Shown here: positions 1 to 9,965 of the stretch, piece by piece
How positions within the stretch are numbered: the first letter of the stretch is position 1
How the letters are laid out: each line of letters starts with the position of its first letter
Assembly: GCA_965261595.1 (NCBI GenBank)
Contig: CBDHDG010000007.1
Coordinates: 864,001 to 928,000, forward strand
Source of the DNA: a bacterium
Lineage (GTDB): Bacteria > UBA8248 > JACPRG01 > G963555815
Direction: 5' to 3'
Length of the DNA stretch: 64,000 nucleotides
Notes under the pieces: generated by a model
What the model was told of the DNA's origin: nothing
The model's database searches: none
Seen by the model: only the letters and a program-made list of their open reading frames with translations
Made by a program: the position numbers and the translations under genes

Positions 1-684
1 GAGGACATCCAGGTCCAGGCTCAGATGGATGGGGCCGGATGCGATCGCGTCCAATACCGCGAACAGGTTGTCCGGCGTGGCGGGTTGCACCTGTGTGGAA
101 CGCCGGGCGAAATCCATTTCCTCCCGCGTGCCGGACCGGACGCCCGCCTGCACCAGCGCCAAATCCACGGACCGTTCAATGACCCGGCGCATGACCGTCG
201 CGTGGGAGAGCCGCCGGCCCTTAAAGCTTTCGCGCAGGTCGGCGTGCGCGTCGAGTTGGATCACCGTAAGGCCGGGATGCCGGGAAAGCGCCGCTTCGAC
301 CAGGGGGAGGGTCAACAGGTGCTCCCCGCCCAGGATGAAGGGCCGTTTTCCGTCATCCAGGATTCGGGCGGCCCGGTTCCGGATAAGGTCCAGCAGAGGC
401 GAGACCTCCTCGTCTCCCCGCCCTGAGGCCGGGGGAAGGGGGTGGAGGGGGGGGAGGTCCAGGTCGCCCCAGTCGCAGAAAGCGACCTCTTCCAGGTCGC
501 GGCGCAGGAGCGGGCTGTAGGTTTCCAGGCCCTCGGAGGCCGGACGAATGGCGGCGGGGCCTTGACGGGTTCCCGGGCGAAAGGTGACCGTTTCTTCCAG
601 CGGACAGCCCAGCAGGACCCAATCGGCTTGAGCGTAGGGGGTCTCGGCCCCGAGGAATCGGTCCGGCGGTTCGTTGGCGTTCAC
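1..684 (-). CDS. speB: Agmatinase (3' end runs off the window)
   Basis: Manual translation from GTG at 684: MNANEPPDRFLGAETPYAQADWVLLGCPLEETVTFRPGTRQGPAAIRPASEGLETYSP...IHLSLDLDVL (ureohydrolase motifs); GTGA overlap with speE. Not in the ORF track. Confidence 0.9.
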   Translation of the reverse strand, partial: MNANEPPDRFLGAETPYAQADWVLLGCPLEETVTFRPGTRQGPAAIRPASEGLETYSPLLRRDLEEVAFCDWGDLDLPPLHPLPPASGRGDEEVSPLLDLIRNRAARILDDGKRPFILGGEHLLTLPLVEAALSRHPGLTVIQLDAHADLRESFKGRRLSHATVMRRVIERSVDLALVQAGVRSGTREEMDFARRSTQVQPATPDNLFAVLDAIASGPIHLSLDLDVL

Positions 685-1538
685 GTCAACAGGTCTTGAA
701 TGAACCGGGGAAGCTGGAGCGCGGCGTGGTGAATGTCCGGGGTGTAATAGCGGGTTGCAAGCCCCCGGCCGCGATGCCGCCCGGCGTGAGGGCCATCCAG
801 CGGTCCGTGCGCCTTGCCGGCGAAAGTGAAGCTCCAGTGGCCCCCCGGATAGGTGACGACGGGGGCGAGGTAGAGGGAGACATGGGGGAACGCGGCGCGC
901 AAGTTGGCGTGAATCGACCGCAAGAAGTCGCCGTCGAAAAATGGGGACCCGCTCTGCAAGGCCATCAGGCCCTCGGACCGCAGGGCCTGAAAGGCGTCCC
1001 GGTAGAAGGCTTCCTCGAAAAGCCCGACGGCGGGTCCGATCGGGTCCGTCGAGTCCACCAGGACGATGTCGTAGTGTTCCCTTTGGGTTTTCAGGAACTC
1101 GATTCCGTCCCGGCACAGGACCCGGGTGCGGGGGTCGTCCCATCCGGTGTTGAGGGTGGGGAGGAATTCACGGGAGGCCTGAATGACCGCTTCGTCGATC
1201 TCCACCACGTCCACGCGTCTGATGGACGGGTGTTTCAGGACCTCGCGGAGGGTCCCGCCGTCTCCCCCCCCGATGACGAGGACGTCCCGGGGCTCGGCAT
1301 GGGCGCACAGGGGGACGTGGACCAGCATCTCGTGGTAGACGAACTCGTCGCGCTCGGTGCACATGATGATTCCGTCCAGGACCAGGAGCCGGCCGAACCC
1401 TTCGGTGTCCAGCACCTCGACGAGTTGATGGGCGCTCTGCTTGCGGAACAGGGTTTTCTTGACGCGCAAGGAGATCCCGTATTGGTCCTGGTGGGTGTCG
1501 GTGAGCCAAGGCTCGCGGGGCTGGCCGGGGCGGATCAT
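681..1538 (-). CDS. speE: Polyamine aminopropyltransferase (spermidine synthase)
   Basis: VLVIGGGDGGTLRE, DEFVYHEML and DSTDPIGPA motifs. Confidence 0.95.
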   Translation of the reverse strand: MIRPGQPREPWLTDTHQDQYGISLRVKKTLFRKQSAHQLVEVLDTEGFGRLLVLDGIIMCTERDEFVYHEMLVHVPLCAHAEPRDVLVIGGGDGGTLREVLKHPSIRRVDVVEIDEAVIQASREFLPTLNTGWDDPRTRVLCRDGIEFLKTQREHYDIVLVDSTDPIGPAVGLFEEAFYRDAFQALRSEGLMALQSGSPFFDGDFLRSIHANLRAAFPHVSLYLAPVVTYPGGHWSFTFAGKAHGPLDGPHAGRHRGRGLATRYYTPDIHHAALQLPRFIQDLLT

Positions 1539-1560
1539 TTGAGCGGCTCGGGGTGGGCGT

Positions 1561-2028
1561 TTAGTTCCAGAGGATAACGGCGGCCACGACGGCCCCGCGA
1601 CGGTCGACCCGGTGCTCCACGCCCCGCGTCGCGACGCGCCGGACGGCTTGCTCTCTCATCTCCATGCCGTTGACGGCCATCCGGGCGACAAGCTCCTCCA
1701 TTTCCCGCAGCGTTCCCGGCCCCGCGGCTTCCATGATCAGCCCCGGGTGTTCATCGTCCTCGGGGAAGGCGACGGCGACGGCGGCGGAGATGATCTCGCC
1801 GGGCCGCTCGCTCGATGCGGACGCATAGGCCGCCGGGACCAGGGCGCCGAAAGGGAGTCGGACCGGGGGGATCTCCTCGCAATGGGGCGGGAGGATGCTG
1901 CTCACCTTGAGGAGATTCGTGTTTCCGACGCACGCGGCCATCAGGGCGGCGTCAAAGGCGTTGAGAGGGGTTTCGCCTTCGGCGCGGCCGGCGGTCAGAA
2001 AATACTTGGAGGGCGTGGGAACAATCAA
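1561..2028 (-). CDS. pdaD: Pyruvoyl-dependent arginine decarboxylase
   Basis: LNAFDAAL...GNTNLLKVSSILPP self-cleavage (SS) motif; polyamine operon context; TTG start. Confidence 0.9.
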   Translation of the reverse strand: MIVPTPSKYFLTAGRAEGETPLNAFDAALMAACVGNTNLLKVSSILPPHCEEIPPVRLPFGALVPAAYASASSERPGEIISAAVAVAFPEDDEHPGLIMEAAGPGTLREMEELVARMAVNGMEMREQAVRRVATRGVEHRVDRRGAVVAAVILWN

Positions 2029-2049
2029 TTTCGGAGTCCGGGGAGCGGG

Positions 2050-2445
2050 TTACAGCGTCAGGGCTTCGGGCTTGCGCCGCGGGACCTGATCCGGCCGGCC
2101 GATGGGGCCCCGCGGGATCTCTTTGCACTGGCGGGACGCGGCTTTCAAGGCTTTGTGAAGGGATTCGATGGCCGCTTCCGGGATCACCTTGTCGCCGCAC
2201 GTAAAGATGTCCGCCGCCGCGAATCCGTATTCCGGCCAGGTGTGAATGGCCAGGTGGGATTCGGCGATGACGACCACGCCGCTGACGCCGTGGGGATTGA
2301 ATAGATGAAAAATGCTGTTCACGATGATGGCGCCCGACTGATCGGCGGCTTCGGTCATCGCTTCCTCAATGCGGGACGCGTTATTGAGGATGTTTTTGTC
2401 GCAGTCATAGTACTCGACGAGAAGATGGCGCCCAAGGGCTTTCAA
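2050..2445 (-). CDS. speD: S-adenosylmethionine decarboxylase proenzyme (class 1B)
   Basis: [20 protein letters not shown] and DIFTCG motifs; TTG start. Confidence 0.95.
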   Translation of the reverse strand: MKALGRHLLVEYYDCDKNILNNASRIEEAMTEAADQSGAIIVNSIFHLFNPHGVSGVVVIAESHLAIHTWPEYGFAAADIFTCGDKVIPEAAIESLHKALKAASRQCKEIPRGPIGRPDQVPRRKPEALTL

Positions 2446-2876
2446 TGGTCCGTCCTTCCGACGGGATGAATCGGTTGGGGATTCCGATGGACCCCCACCC
2501 TATCGCGAGACGCCCTCAACGGCGAGAGCAAGGCCTCGGATCCGCCTGGTTTTGAAGGGTCGCGCTTGGATTGAGAGGCGCCATCGAGCCGGGCCTGTCC
2601 AGGCTTGCTGTCGGTCAAAGCGGGTGGCTCAGGCCCGAAGCATCATCACGGCCCGCGATGGATGAGCCCGACCCGGGAATCCCGAAATACGCAATGCGAT
2701 TTCCCGCGACCTCCCGGGGCCAATCCGGCGCCGGCTGAAGAGGAATGATCCCCCCGGGATGCCGGAGGATCGCCGCGCGACACGCTTCGGGACGCGGCTC
2801 TCTCCCTCCCGCGCGGGGTCTAAACGGCCTCATCCTCCATAGAGCCCCCCGTCCGAGCGGCCGGATCAGTTTCATG

Positions 2877-2905
2877 GATATATCCGTGATCCGGCGGACA
2901 GTCAA
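2877..2905 (-). promoter_or_regulatory. Putative sigma70 promoter for the spe operon
   Basis: TTGACT-N17-TATATC on the minus strand. Confidence 0.5.
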
Positions 2906-2936
2906 GGCCAATTTGGCGGGCCGGCCGGCCCGCGCG

Positions 2937-2966
2937 TTGACACCCTCCCAGGCCCGGTGATAGCGT
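2937..2966 (+). promoter_or_regulatory. Putative divergent sigma70 promoter
   Basis: TTGACA-N18-TAGCGT with TGn extended -10. Confidence 0.4.
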
Positions 2967-3028
2967 GGTAAATACGTGTTTAGTTGATTATTCGCTAATT
3001 TGGTCCTGCCAAATAGGAAACCGTATGG

Positions 3029-3928
3029 ATGGGAAGGCACCTGGGGTTTCTGACTGAGCCGGTTTCTTCCCTCGTCCACATCAATTGCACGGTTCCGGAC
3101 GAACACCCATCGGCGGCCATTCTCGGGACGGAACGCAGCGGGTCCGGGGTGATCATCGAAACCGGCGGGTATGTCCTGACCGTGGGCTACGTGGTGTTGG
3201 GGGCGGGGGACCTGAGCGTCGTTTCCGCCAAGGGCGAGGACTGTGAGGGCCGGATTGTTCACATGGACCACGAGAGCGGACTTGCGATGATTCAGGCCCC
3301 GGGGCTGAATGGCCCCGCCGCTTCGACCGGGCCTTCGGCGGAAATGGGAGCCGGCGATCCGGTTGTCCTCTTGGCCAGCAACGGGGAGGGAGAGATCCGG
3401 GGCAACTCGGGCTTCATCACGGACGTGGGGCCGTTTGACGCGCACTGGGAATATATGCTGGACCGGGCCATCAAGAGCACGGCCATGAATCCGGGTCTGG
3501 GCGGCGGGGCGCTCCTTTCAATGGACGGGAAGATCCGCGGCACGGTTTCCCTCAATCTCCACCTGATTGGAACCTGTTCCCTGAGCATCCCCATCGACCT
3601 CTACCTCGCCCAACGCGGCAGGTTCCTCGGCCGTCAGGAGGGTGATGAGAAACCGCACCGCCCCTGGCTCGGGTTGTTTCCGCAGGCCCTGGAAAAGGGC
3701 GTCTTGGTGGCGGGCGTGGTCCCGGGAGGACCGGCTGAGGACTCGGAAATTCAAACCGGCGATGTCGTCCTGTCTCTCAATGGCGAAGAAGTGATCTCGC
3801 GCCGCGCCTTCTATCAGAGGCTCTGGGAAGGAGCGGCGGGCGATGAATTCACCTTGACGCTCTACCGGGAGAAGAGCTTCCAGACCGTTCAGGTGACCAG
3901 CAAAAGCCGGGCCGAATTCTACCGGTGA
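3029..3928 (+). CDS. HtrA/S1C-like trypsin-fold plus PDZ protein, catalytic triad degenerate
   Basis: GSGVII..GYVLT, NPGLGGGAL and RPWLG PDZ motifs; no signal peptide. Confidence 0.85.
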   Translation: MGRHLGFLTEPVSSLVHINCTVPDEHPSAAILGTERSGSGVIIETGGYVLTVGYVVLGAGDLSVVSAKGEDCEGRIVHMDHESGLAMIQAPGLNGPAASTGPSAEMGAGDPVVLLASNGEGEIRGNSGFITDVGPFDAHWEYMLDRAIKSTAMNPGLGGGALLSMDGKIRGTVSLNLHLIGTCSLSIPIDLYLAQRGRFLGRQEGDEKPHRPWLGLFPQALEKGVLVAGVVPGGPAEDSEIQTGDVVLSLNGEEVISRRAFYQRLWEGAAGDEFTLTLYREKSFQTVQVTSKSRAEFYR

Positions 3929-3971
3929 GCCCGGAAGCGGACGGGACGGAGGACGGCCAAACGGCGGGGAC

Positions 3972-4960
3972 TCAGAATGAGACCGGCCGGACGGAGACCT
4001 TCGGGACGAACCGGTTGGTGAAAAAGCTCTCCACCGCGAATTCCTTGGTGAGCTGTCGTCCGCGAATCAGCAGGGACTGAAGCATCCCCACCTTCCGCTT
4101 GTCATAAAATCCCAGGCCGGGGTTTTTCAACCCATGGGCCGACCAGCTCTTCACGAAAACCCTCCACTCCGCTTTTGCGCCCTCGGGCGGATAATCGGGA
4201 AAACTTCGCCGGAAGAGATCGAGGGCTTCCGCCGGGCGCGACATGGCTTCCGCCTGTCCGCGAACGGTGGCTTCCACCATGCGTCGGACGATGTCCTCCT
4301 GTTCTTCGATGAGCCGGACCGGGGCCAGGAGACTGAGCCCATAGACCTCCATCCCCTGGTCCGTGTACAGAGGGGAAGTGACGGTTTTCTTCCGGCGTTC
4401 GGCCGCCCGGTCATAACGCCATCGGGACACCTCCGAGGTGACGATGGCGTCGGCCTTCCCTGTGAGCAGGGCGCGGATTTCCGATTGGGGTCCGATATTC
4501 GCCCACCGCATCCGATCCAGGCGGAGGCCGGCGCGCTCGGCGAACGAAGGGAACAGGATGCGGGAGAAAGAAGAAACAGAACCCGCGAGCCTTTTGCCCG
4601 GCAGGTCGGCCGGCGACCGGATTCCGGAGCTTTTCAGGGCGATCACACTGCCCGGATATCGCTCCATGAGGAGGGCCAAGCCGGCAAGGTCCAGGCCTTC
4701 CGCCCTGGACTCGACGACGGCGGCCATTTCCGCCACGCCGAACGCCATTTCCCGCTTGTGCAGCGTCCGGACCGTATGGCCCGACCCCCTTCCCCTTTCA
4801 ATCGTGACGAGCAGACCCGCACGGGTATAGAAACCCTTGCGCTGGGTGTAGATGACGGCTGTATGCAGGCCGTTGGGGGGGCTGTTGAGGACAAGCGTGA
4901 CATCTTGGGCGCATGGGCACCGCCCCAAGGCCAGCCGGCTCCGAAGAAGAGCAAAAAGAG
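3972..4960 (-). CDS. NMT1/THI5-type ABC substrate-binding protein; probable frameshift near 4912 separates the signal peptide
   Basis: KGFYTRAGL.VTIERGRGSG and GIRSPADLPGKRL motifs; signal-like LFLLFFGAGWPWGGAHA lies in an adjacent frame. Start approximate. Confidence 0.75.
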
Positions 4961-4995
4961 CAAACAGCCCAGGGCGCGATCCCCCGCGCCGGACG

Positions 4996-5766
4996 TCAGA
5001 TTCGGACCAGACCGATTCGTTCTTGGATTTCTTTGACGTATTCGATGAATTTCGGATCGAGCCTCATGTCCGCCGTTCGGGGACGGGGCAAATCGATGGG
5101 GATGATCTTGTTGAGCTTGCCCGGACGGGGCGTCATGACGACGACCCGGTCGGCCAGGAAGACCGCTTCGCCGATGCTGTGGGTGATCAACATGCAGGTC
5201 TTCTTGTTCTCCGTCCAGATCCGCAGAAGCTCCAGGTTCATGGCCTCGCGCGTTAGGGCGTCCAGGGCGCCGAACGGCTCGTCCATCAGGAGGAGGGGCG
5301 GATCGTGGATGAGCGCGCGGCTGATGGAAACCCGTTGCTGCATGCCGCCGGAAAGCTCCCGGGGGAATTTGGTCTCGAAACCGGTCAGACCCGTGAGCTT
5401 GAGCAGGTCCATGGCGCGCTCCCTGTACACCTCCTCGTCCAGGCCGAGAATCTCCACCGGCAGCATGACGTTGTCGATGACGTTTCGCCATTTGGGAAGG
5501 ACGGGGGCCTGAAAGACCATTCCGACGTCGGAAAGGGGACCTATGACATCATGGCCGTTGACCCTCATTTCTCCCGACGTCTTCGGAAGCAGCCCGGAGA
5601 TGATCTTCAGGATCGTTGTTTTGCCGCAGCCGCTCTGTCCGACGACGGTCATGAACTCTTCGTCATACACATCCAGGCTGACGTTCTCGAGCGCGTTGAC
5701 GTCTCCGCTTTTGGTGATGTAAACCTTGTTGAGATCCCGGATTTCGATAACATTTTTGCGGCTCAA
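4996..5766 (-). CDS. TauB/SsuB-family ABC transporter ATP-binding protein
   Basis: GQSGCGKTT, LSGGMQQR and LLMDEPFGALD motifs; GGAGGT RBS before TTG at 5766. Confidence 0.92.
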   Translation of the reverse strand: MSRKNVIEIRDLNKVYITKSGDVNALENVSLDVYDEEFMTVVGQSGCGKTTILKIISGLLPKTSGEMRVNGHDVIGPLSDVGMVFQAPVLPKWRNVIDNVMLPVEILGLDEEVYRERAMDLLKLTGLTGFETKFPRELSGGMQQRVSISRALIHDPPLLLMDEPFGALDALTREAMNLELLRIWTENKKTCMLITHSIGEAVFLADRVVVMTPRPGKLNKIIPIDLPRPRTADMRLDPKFIEYVKEIQERIGLVRI

Positions 5767-5953
5767 TGGACACCTCCATCCAACAGTGCACTCCCCCTCT
5801 CGACGAGGGTAAACGGACATTCTCATTGGAGAGAGCGCTTCACCTCTCCACTGAACCCTATCATTTGACCCGGACAGTATCACTGCCTTGAGGGCCTGTC
5901 AAGGCATAAGTTGCCCCTCGATTTTTTTTTGCGGGCCGTGCGTTTCGGCTGTC

Positions 5954-5982
5954 TTGACACCTCCGCGGGCTTCTGCTAGAAA
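5954..5982 (+). promoter_or_regulatory. Putative sigma70 promoter for ilvC
   Basis: TTGACA-N17-TAGAAA. Confidence 0.5.
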
Positions 5983-6133
5983 GCCGACAGTTCTCGGCAG
6001 TCCGATTTGCCTGGCCGAGCTGTTGCGTTTTACGAGGGGCCGGGCTCTTTTTGTTTTGGGCCCCCGCCCGGTCGGGGACGGCCGCGGGTGCGAGCGTGCG
6101 CCATCGGGACGGATGGATGAAGGAGAGGAGAAA

Positions 6134-7141
6134 ATGTCGAAAATGAAAGTCCTGTACGAAGAGGATTGCGACCTCAATCTATTGAAGGACAAGACGGTGG
6201 CCGTCATCGGTTATGGGAGCCAGGGACACGCCCACGCGCTCAACTTGGCGGACAGCGGCGTTCAGGTCGTGGTCGGCCTGCGCGAAGACTCGAAATCCCG
6301 GGACAAGGCGAAGAACGACGGCCTGGAGGTGATGACCTCCGCCGAGGCGGCCCGGGCCGGTGACGTGGTGGCCGTCCTGACACAGGAGCACGTCCAGAAA
6401 GATCTGTGGGAAAACGACCTGGCGCTGAACATGCAAGCGGGCGACGCCCTGATGGTCGCGCACGGATTCAACATCCTTTACGGCCAGATCATCCCCCCGC
6501 CCGAAATCGATGTCATCATGATGGCCCCCAAGTGCCCCGGTCACATCTTCCGGCGGATGTTCACGCAGGGAAGGGGCGTTCCCGGGCTGCTCGCCGTGGA
6601 GCAGGACGCCACCGGCAATGCCCGCGCGCTTTGCTTGGCCTATGGCAAGGGGGTGGGCTGCGCCCGCGCGGGGATCATCGAGACCACGTTCAAGGACGAA
6701 ACCGAGAGCGATCTGTTCGGCGAGCAGGCCATCCTGTGCGGCGGCGTCACGGCGCTGATTCACGCCTCGTTCGATACGCTGATCGAGGGGGGGTACGAGC
6801 CGGAGATCGCCTACTTCGAGTGCCTGAACGAGCTCAAGCTGATCGTGGACCTCATCTTCGAGGGCGGCATTCAGCGCATGCGCTATTCGGTGTCGGACAC
6901 CGCCCAATACGGCGACCTGACGCGCGGCCCCCGGGTCATCGACGGGCACGTCCGCAAGAACATGAGAAAGATTCTCCGGGAGATCCAGTCGGGCGAGTTC
7001 GCCCGGGAATGGATCCTCGAAAATCAGGCGGGAAGGCCGGTCTTCAGCCGCCGCAACGCCGAGGACAACGCCCTGTTGATCGAAGAGGTCGGCGAAAACT
7101 TGCGCTCGATGATGAGCTGGACCAAGGAGTTGGAAGGCTGA
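6134..7141 (+). CDS. ilvC: Ketol-acid reductoisomerase
   Basis: [28 protein letters not shown] and [10 protein letters not shown] motifs; GGAG RBS. Confidence 0.97.
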   Translation: MSKMKVLYEEDCDLNLLKDKTVAVIGYGSQGHAHALNLADSGVQVVVGLREDSKSRDKAKNDGLEVMTSAEAARAGDVVAVLTQEHVQKDLWENDLALNMQAGDALMVAHGFNILYGQIIPPPEIDVIMMAPKCPGHIFRRMFTQGRGVPGLLAVEQDATGNARALCLAYGKGVGCARAGIIETTFKDETESDLFGEQAILCGGVTALIHASFDTLIEGGYEPEIAYFECLNELKLIVDLIFEGGIQRMRYSVSDTAQYGDLTRGPRVIDGHVRKNMRKILREIQSGEFAREWILENQAGRPVFSRRNAEDNALLIEEVGENLRSMMSWTKELEG

Positions 7142-7169
7142 GCGTCTCCACGGGGCCGCGCGAGAAGTA

Positions 7170-7198
7170 TTGACACCCATTTGGGAGGGAAATAACTT
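7170..7198 (+). promoter_or_regulatory. Putative sigma70 promoter for the ccm cluster
   Basis: TTGACA-N17-TAACTT. Confidence 0.5.
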
Positions 7199-7416
7199 CT
7201 CCTTACGGAGAGGGCGCCCGGCCTGGACTGCCGCGAAAGGGCGGTTTGGCGGCGAGGAGCTCGCGAAAAGGAGAAAACTTCCGGAGATTGCGGGGAATTG
7301 GCGGGGCTGTTTTCGGGTTTCAATCCGGCAGAAGGCTCGGTTGAGACAGCCCCCCGCTCACCGATGGGTTTCCGGGGTTGTGTCGAGGCGGCTGAGGACC
7401 TAACGGAGATAATCAC

Positions 7417-7845
7417 GTGAATCGGAAGAAACTTCAATTCGTCGTCGGCGGGGTGGTCATCTTCGGGTCGATCCTCTATCTCTCCATCACCGGAATGTCG
7501 CGGGGGATGAGTTACTTCCACGAGGTGAACGAGATTGAGGCGCGCGCGGAAGAATTGTATGGGAAGGGGCTTCGCGTCTCCGGGAAAGTGAAGCCGGGCA
7601 CGATCCGAAAATCCGTCGACAGCCGCGTCTATGACTTCAAGGTGACCGATGGAAAGGCCGCCTTGGCCGTTCACTTCAAGGGCATCGTCCCCGATTTGTT
7701 CAGAGACGGGGCCGAGGTGATCGTCGAGGGCAAGTACGGACGGGACGGCGTGCTTGTGGCCAGCAAGGTGATGACCGCCTGTCCGTCCAAGTATGATGCC
7801 GAGGGCGACGCGAAAAAGAAGGCGGTCAAGTCCAGCTTGTACTGA
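7417..7845 (+). CDS. ccmE: Heme chaperone CcmE (CxxxY variant)
   Basis: N-terminal TM; GIVPDLFRDGAEVIVEG; CPSKY in place of HxxxY. Confidence 0.92.
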   Translation: MNRKKLQFVVGGVVIFGSILYLSITGMSRGMSYFHEVNEIEARAEELYGKGLRVSGKVKPGTIRKSVDSRVYDFKVTDGKAALAVHFKGIVPDLFRDGAEVIVEGKYGRDGVLVASKVMTACPSKYDAEGDAKKKAVKSSLY

Positions 7846-7912
7846 CACCCCATCCTTCACCCGGGCGGGGCGCGGCATTCCGCCCGCCTTCCTGGAACCG
7901 GGTTTTTCTCCT

Positions 7913-9922
7913 ATGGGCGACATCGGCTACTATGCCGTCTGGCTGGGAGGGGCTCTGGCCGGATATTCCATGGCCGCCTCTCTTTGGGGAGGTCTGCGTA
8001 ACCGGCCCCTGTGGGTGGAGAGCGCGAAGAACGGCGTGTTCGCGCTCGCCGTCATTACGACCATCGCCGTCCTCGCCCTGGAGGTCGGCCTCCTCACCGA
8101 TGATTTCAGCCTCAACGCCGTCGCCGCCACCAGCAGCCGAAGCCTCCCAATCTTCTACAAAGTGACCTCTTTTTGGGGCGGGCAAGCGGGCTCCCTCTTG
8201 TTCTGGGCCTGGCTCCTGAGCCTCTACTCGGCGGTCGCGCTCTACACCAACCGGGACAGAAACCGGGAGTTGATCCCTTACGTCGTCACCACGCTGACGG
8301 CCACCTCGGCCTTCTTCTTCGCCCTGCTCATCTTCTTTGACAACCCCTTCTCGACCCTCACGCCGATTCCCGCGGACGGACGGGGGTTGAACCCGCTTCT
8401 TCAGGATCCGGGGATGGTCATCCATCCGCCCAACCTCTACCTGGGGTACGTGGGATGGACGGTGCCGTTCGCCTTCGCCATCGGGGCCCTGGTGACGGGC
8501 CGGCTGGGAGATGAGTGGATCCGCGCGACGCGGCGGTGGTCCCTGATCGCGTGGGGCTTCTTGGGGGTCGGAAATCTGCTGGGTTCCTGGTGGGCTTACC
8601 GGGAGCTCGGCTGGGGGGGGTACTGGGGCTGGGACCCGGTGGAGAACGCCGCCATCCTGCCTTGGATCACCGGGACGGCCTTCCTGCATTCAGTCATGAT
8701 CCAGGAAAAGAAGGGCATGCTGAAGGTCTGGAACCTGATCCTCATTATCATGACGTTCACGCTGACCATCTTTGGGACGTTCGTCGTCCGCAGCGGCGTC
8801 ATCTCCAGTGTTCACGCCTTCGCCCAGTCCGCCCTGGGTTACTACTTCGGGTTCTTTCTGTTCCTGGTCATCGCCTCCAGTCTGGCCCTGGTCTTCTGGC
8901 GGCTGGACAAGCTTCAGGCCCACAATCAACTGGACTCCATGCTCTCCAGAGAGAGCGCGTTTCTGATCAACAACCTCATCCTGGTGGGCGCGGCATTTTC
9001 CATCTGGTGGGGGACGATCTTTCCGCTGGTCTCCGAGGCGGTGACCGGAACGCGCATCACCATCGGGCCGCCCTTCTTCAACCGCGTCAACGTCCCCATC
9101 GGCCTGGCGCTGATCCTGCTGGTCGGCATTGGACCGCTGATCGCCTGGAGGCGGGCGTCCCCCGCGCAGCTCAAGAAGCATTTCCTCACCCCCTTGGCCC
9201 TCGGCTTCGGGGCGGGGCTGATCCTGTTCGCCTTGGGGATGCGAAGCTTTTACGCGCTGCTCTCCTTCAGCCTGATCGCGTTCGTTCTGGTCACGATTGT
9301 GGGTGAGTTCTACCGGGGGACGCGGGCCCGGCAGCGCATCGCCGAGGAGTCGGCCGCCGTGGCCCTGGTGAACCTGACCCGGCGCAACTCCCGGCGGTAC
9401 GGCGGCTACGTCGTCCATCTCGGGATGATGGCCATCTTCGCGGGCATCACGGGCTCTTCCGCCTTTCAGACCCAGGTGGAGGCCACCCTGCGTCCCGGCG
9501 AGCTCGCCCAGGTGAAGGATTACTGGGTCGAGTTCGAGCGCCTGGGCTCCCGCCAAAACGCCCTCCTTCAGGCCACCTCGGCGGACCTGCGTTTGCGTAA
9601 GCGGGGCCGGGAGATCGGCATCCTCCAGCCCGAGCGCCGCCTCTACCGCAACCCCGAGCAGCCGACCACCGAGGTGGCAATCCGATCGACGCTGGCCGAG
9701 GACCTGTACGTCATCCTCGCCGCGAAAAATGAGGACGGCTCGGCCACCTTCCGTTTTTACATCAACCCGCTGGTGTCCTGGATCTGGATCGGCGGGAGCA
9801 TTTTCGTTCTCGGCACGCTGATCTGCCTGTGGTATGAGCCGGGGACGAAGCGCGCCCGAGGCGCCGCCGCCCGGAAGGGGCGGGTCCGTCGGGCGGACGC
9901 CTCCGCCCCCGCGGGCTCGTGA
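7913..9922 (+). CDS. ccmF: Heme lyase CcmF
   Basis: GLNPLLQ, IHPP, WGGYWGWDPVENA (WWD) and SVHAF motifs. Confidence 0.97.
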   Translation: MGDIGYYAVWLGGALAGYSMAASLWGGLRNRPLWVESAKNGVFALAVITTIAVLALEVGLLTDDFSLNAVAATSSRSLPIFYKVTSFWGGQAGSLLFWAWLLSLYSAVALYTNRDRNRELIPYVVTTLTATSAFFFALLIFFDNPFSTLTPIPADGRGLNPLLQDPGMVIHPPNLYLGYVGWTVPFAFAIGALVTGRLGDEWIRATRRWSLIAWGFLGVGNLLGSWWAYRELGWGGYWGWDPVENAAILPWITGTAFLHSVMIQEKKGMLKVWNLILIIMTFTLTIFGTFVVRSGVISSVHAFAQSALGYYFGFFLFLVIASSLALVFWRLDKLQAHNQLDSMLSRESAFLINNLILVGAAFSIWWGTIFPLVSEAVTGTRITIGPPFFNRVNVPIGLALILLVGIGPLIAWRRASPAQLKKHFLTPLALGFGAGLILFALGMRSFYALLSFSLIAFVLVTIVGEFYRGTRARQRIAEESAAVALVNLTRRNSRRYGGYVVHLGMMAIFAGITGSSAFQTQVEATLRPGELAQVKDYWVEFERLGSRQNALLQATSADLRLRKRGREIGILQPERRLYRNPEQPTTEVAIRSTLAEDLYVILAAKNEDGSATFRFYINPLVSWIWIGGSIFVLGTLICLWYEPGTKRARGAAARKGRVRRADASAPAGS

Positions 9923-9965
9923 TCCGAAACCCCCGCTGTCCGCGGGGGGGGGCGGAGAAGTCTCT

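Noticed and set aside
2446..2870. Canonical SAM-I riboswitch
   Set aside because: Conserved AUCxAGAG, GCAACC and GUGC elements not found in order; kept only as a novel leader candidate.
2615..2875. 86-codon uORF (MKLIRPLGRG...) in the speD leader
   Set aside because: No RBS, and its ATG lies too close to the predicted -10 box; composition looks non-coding.
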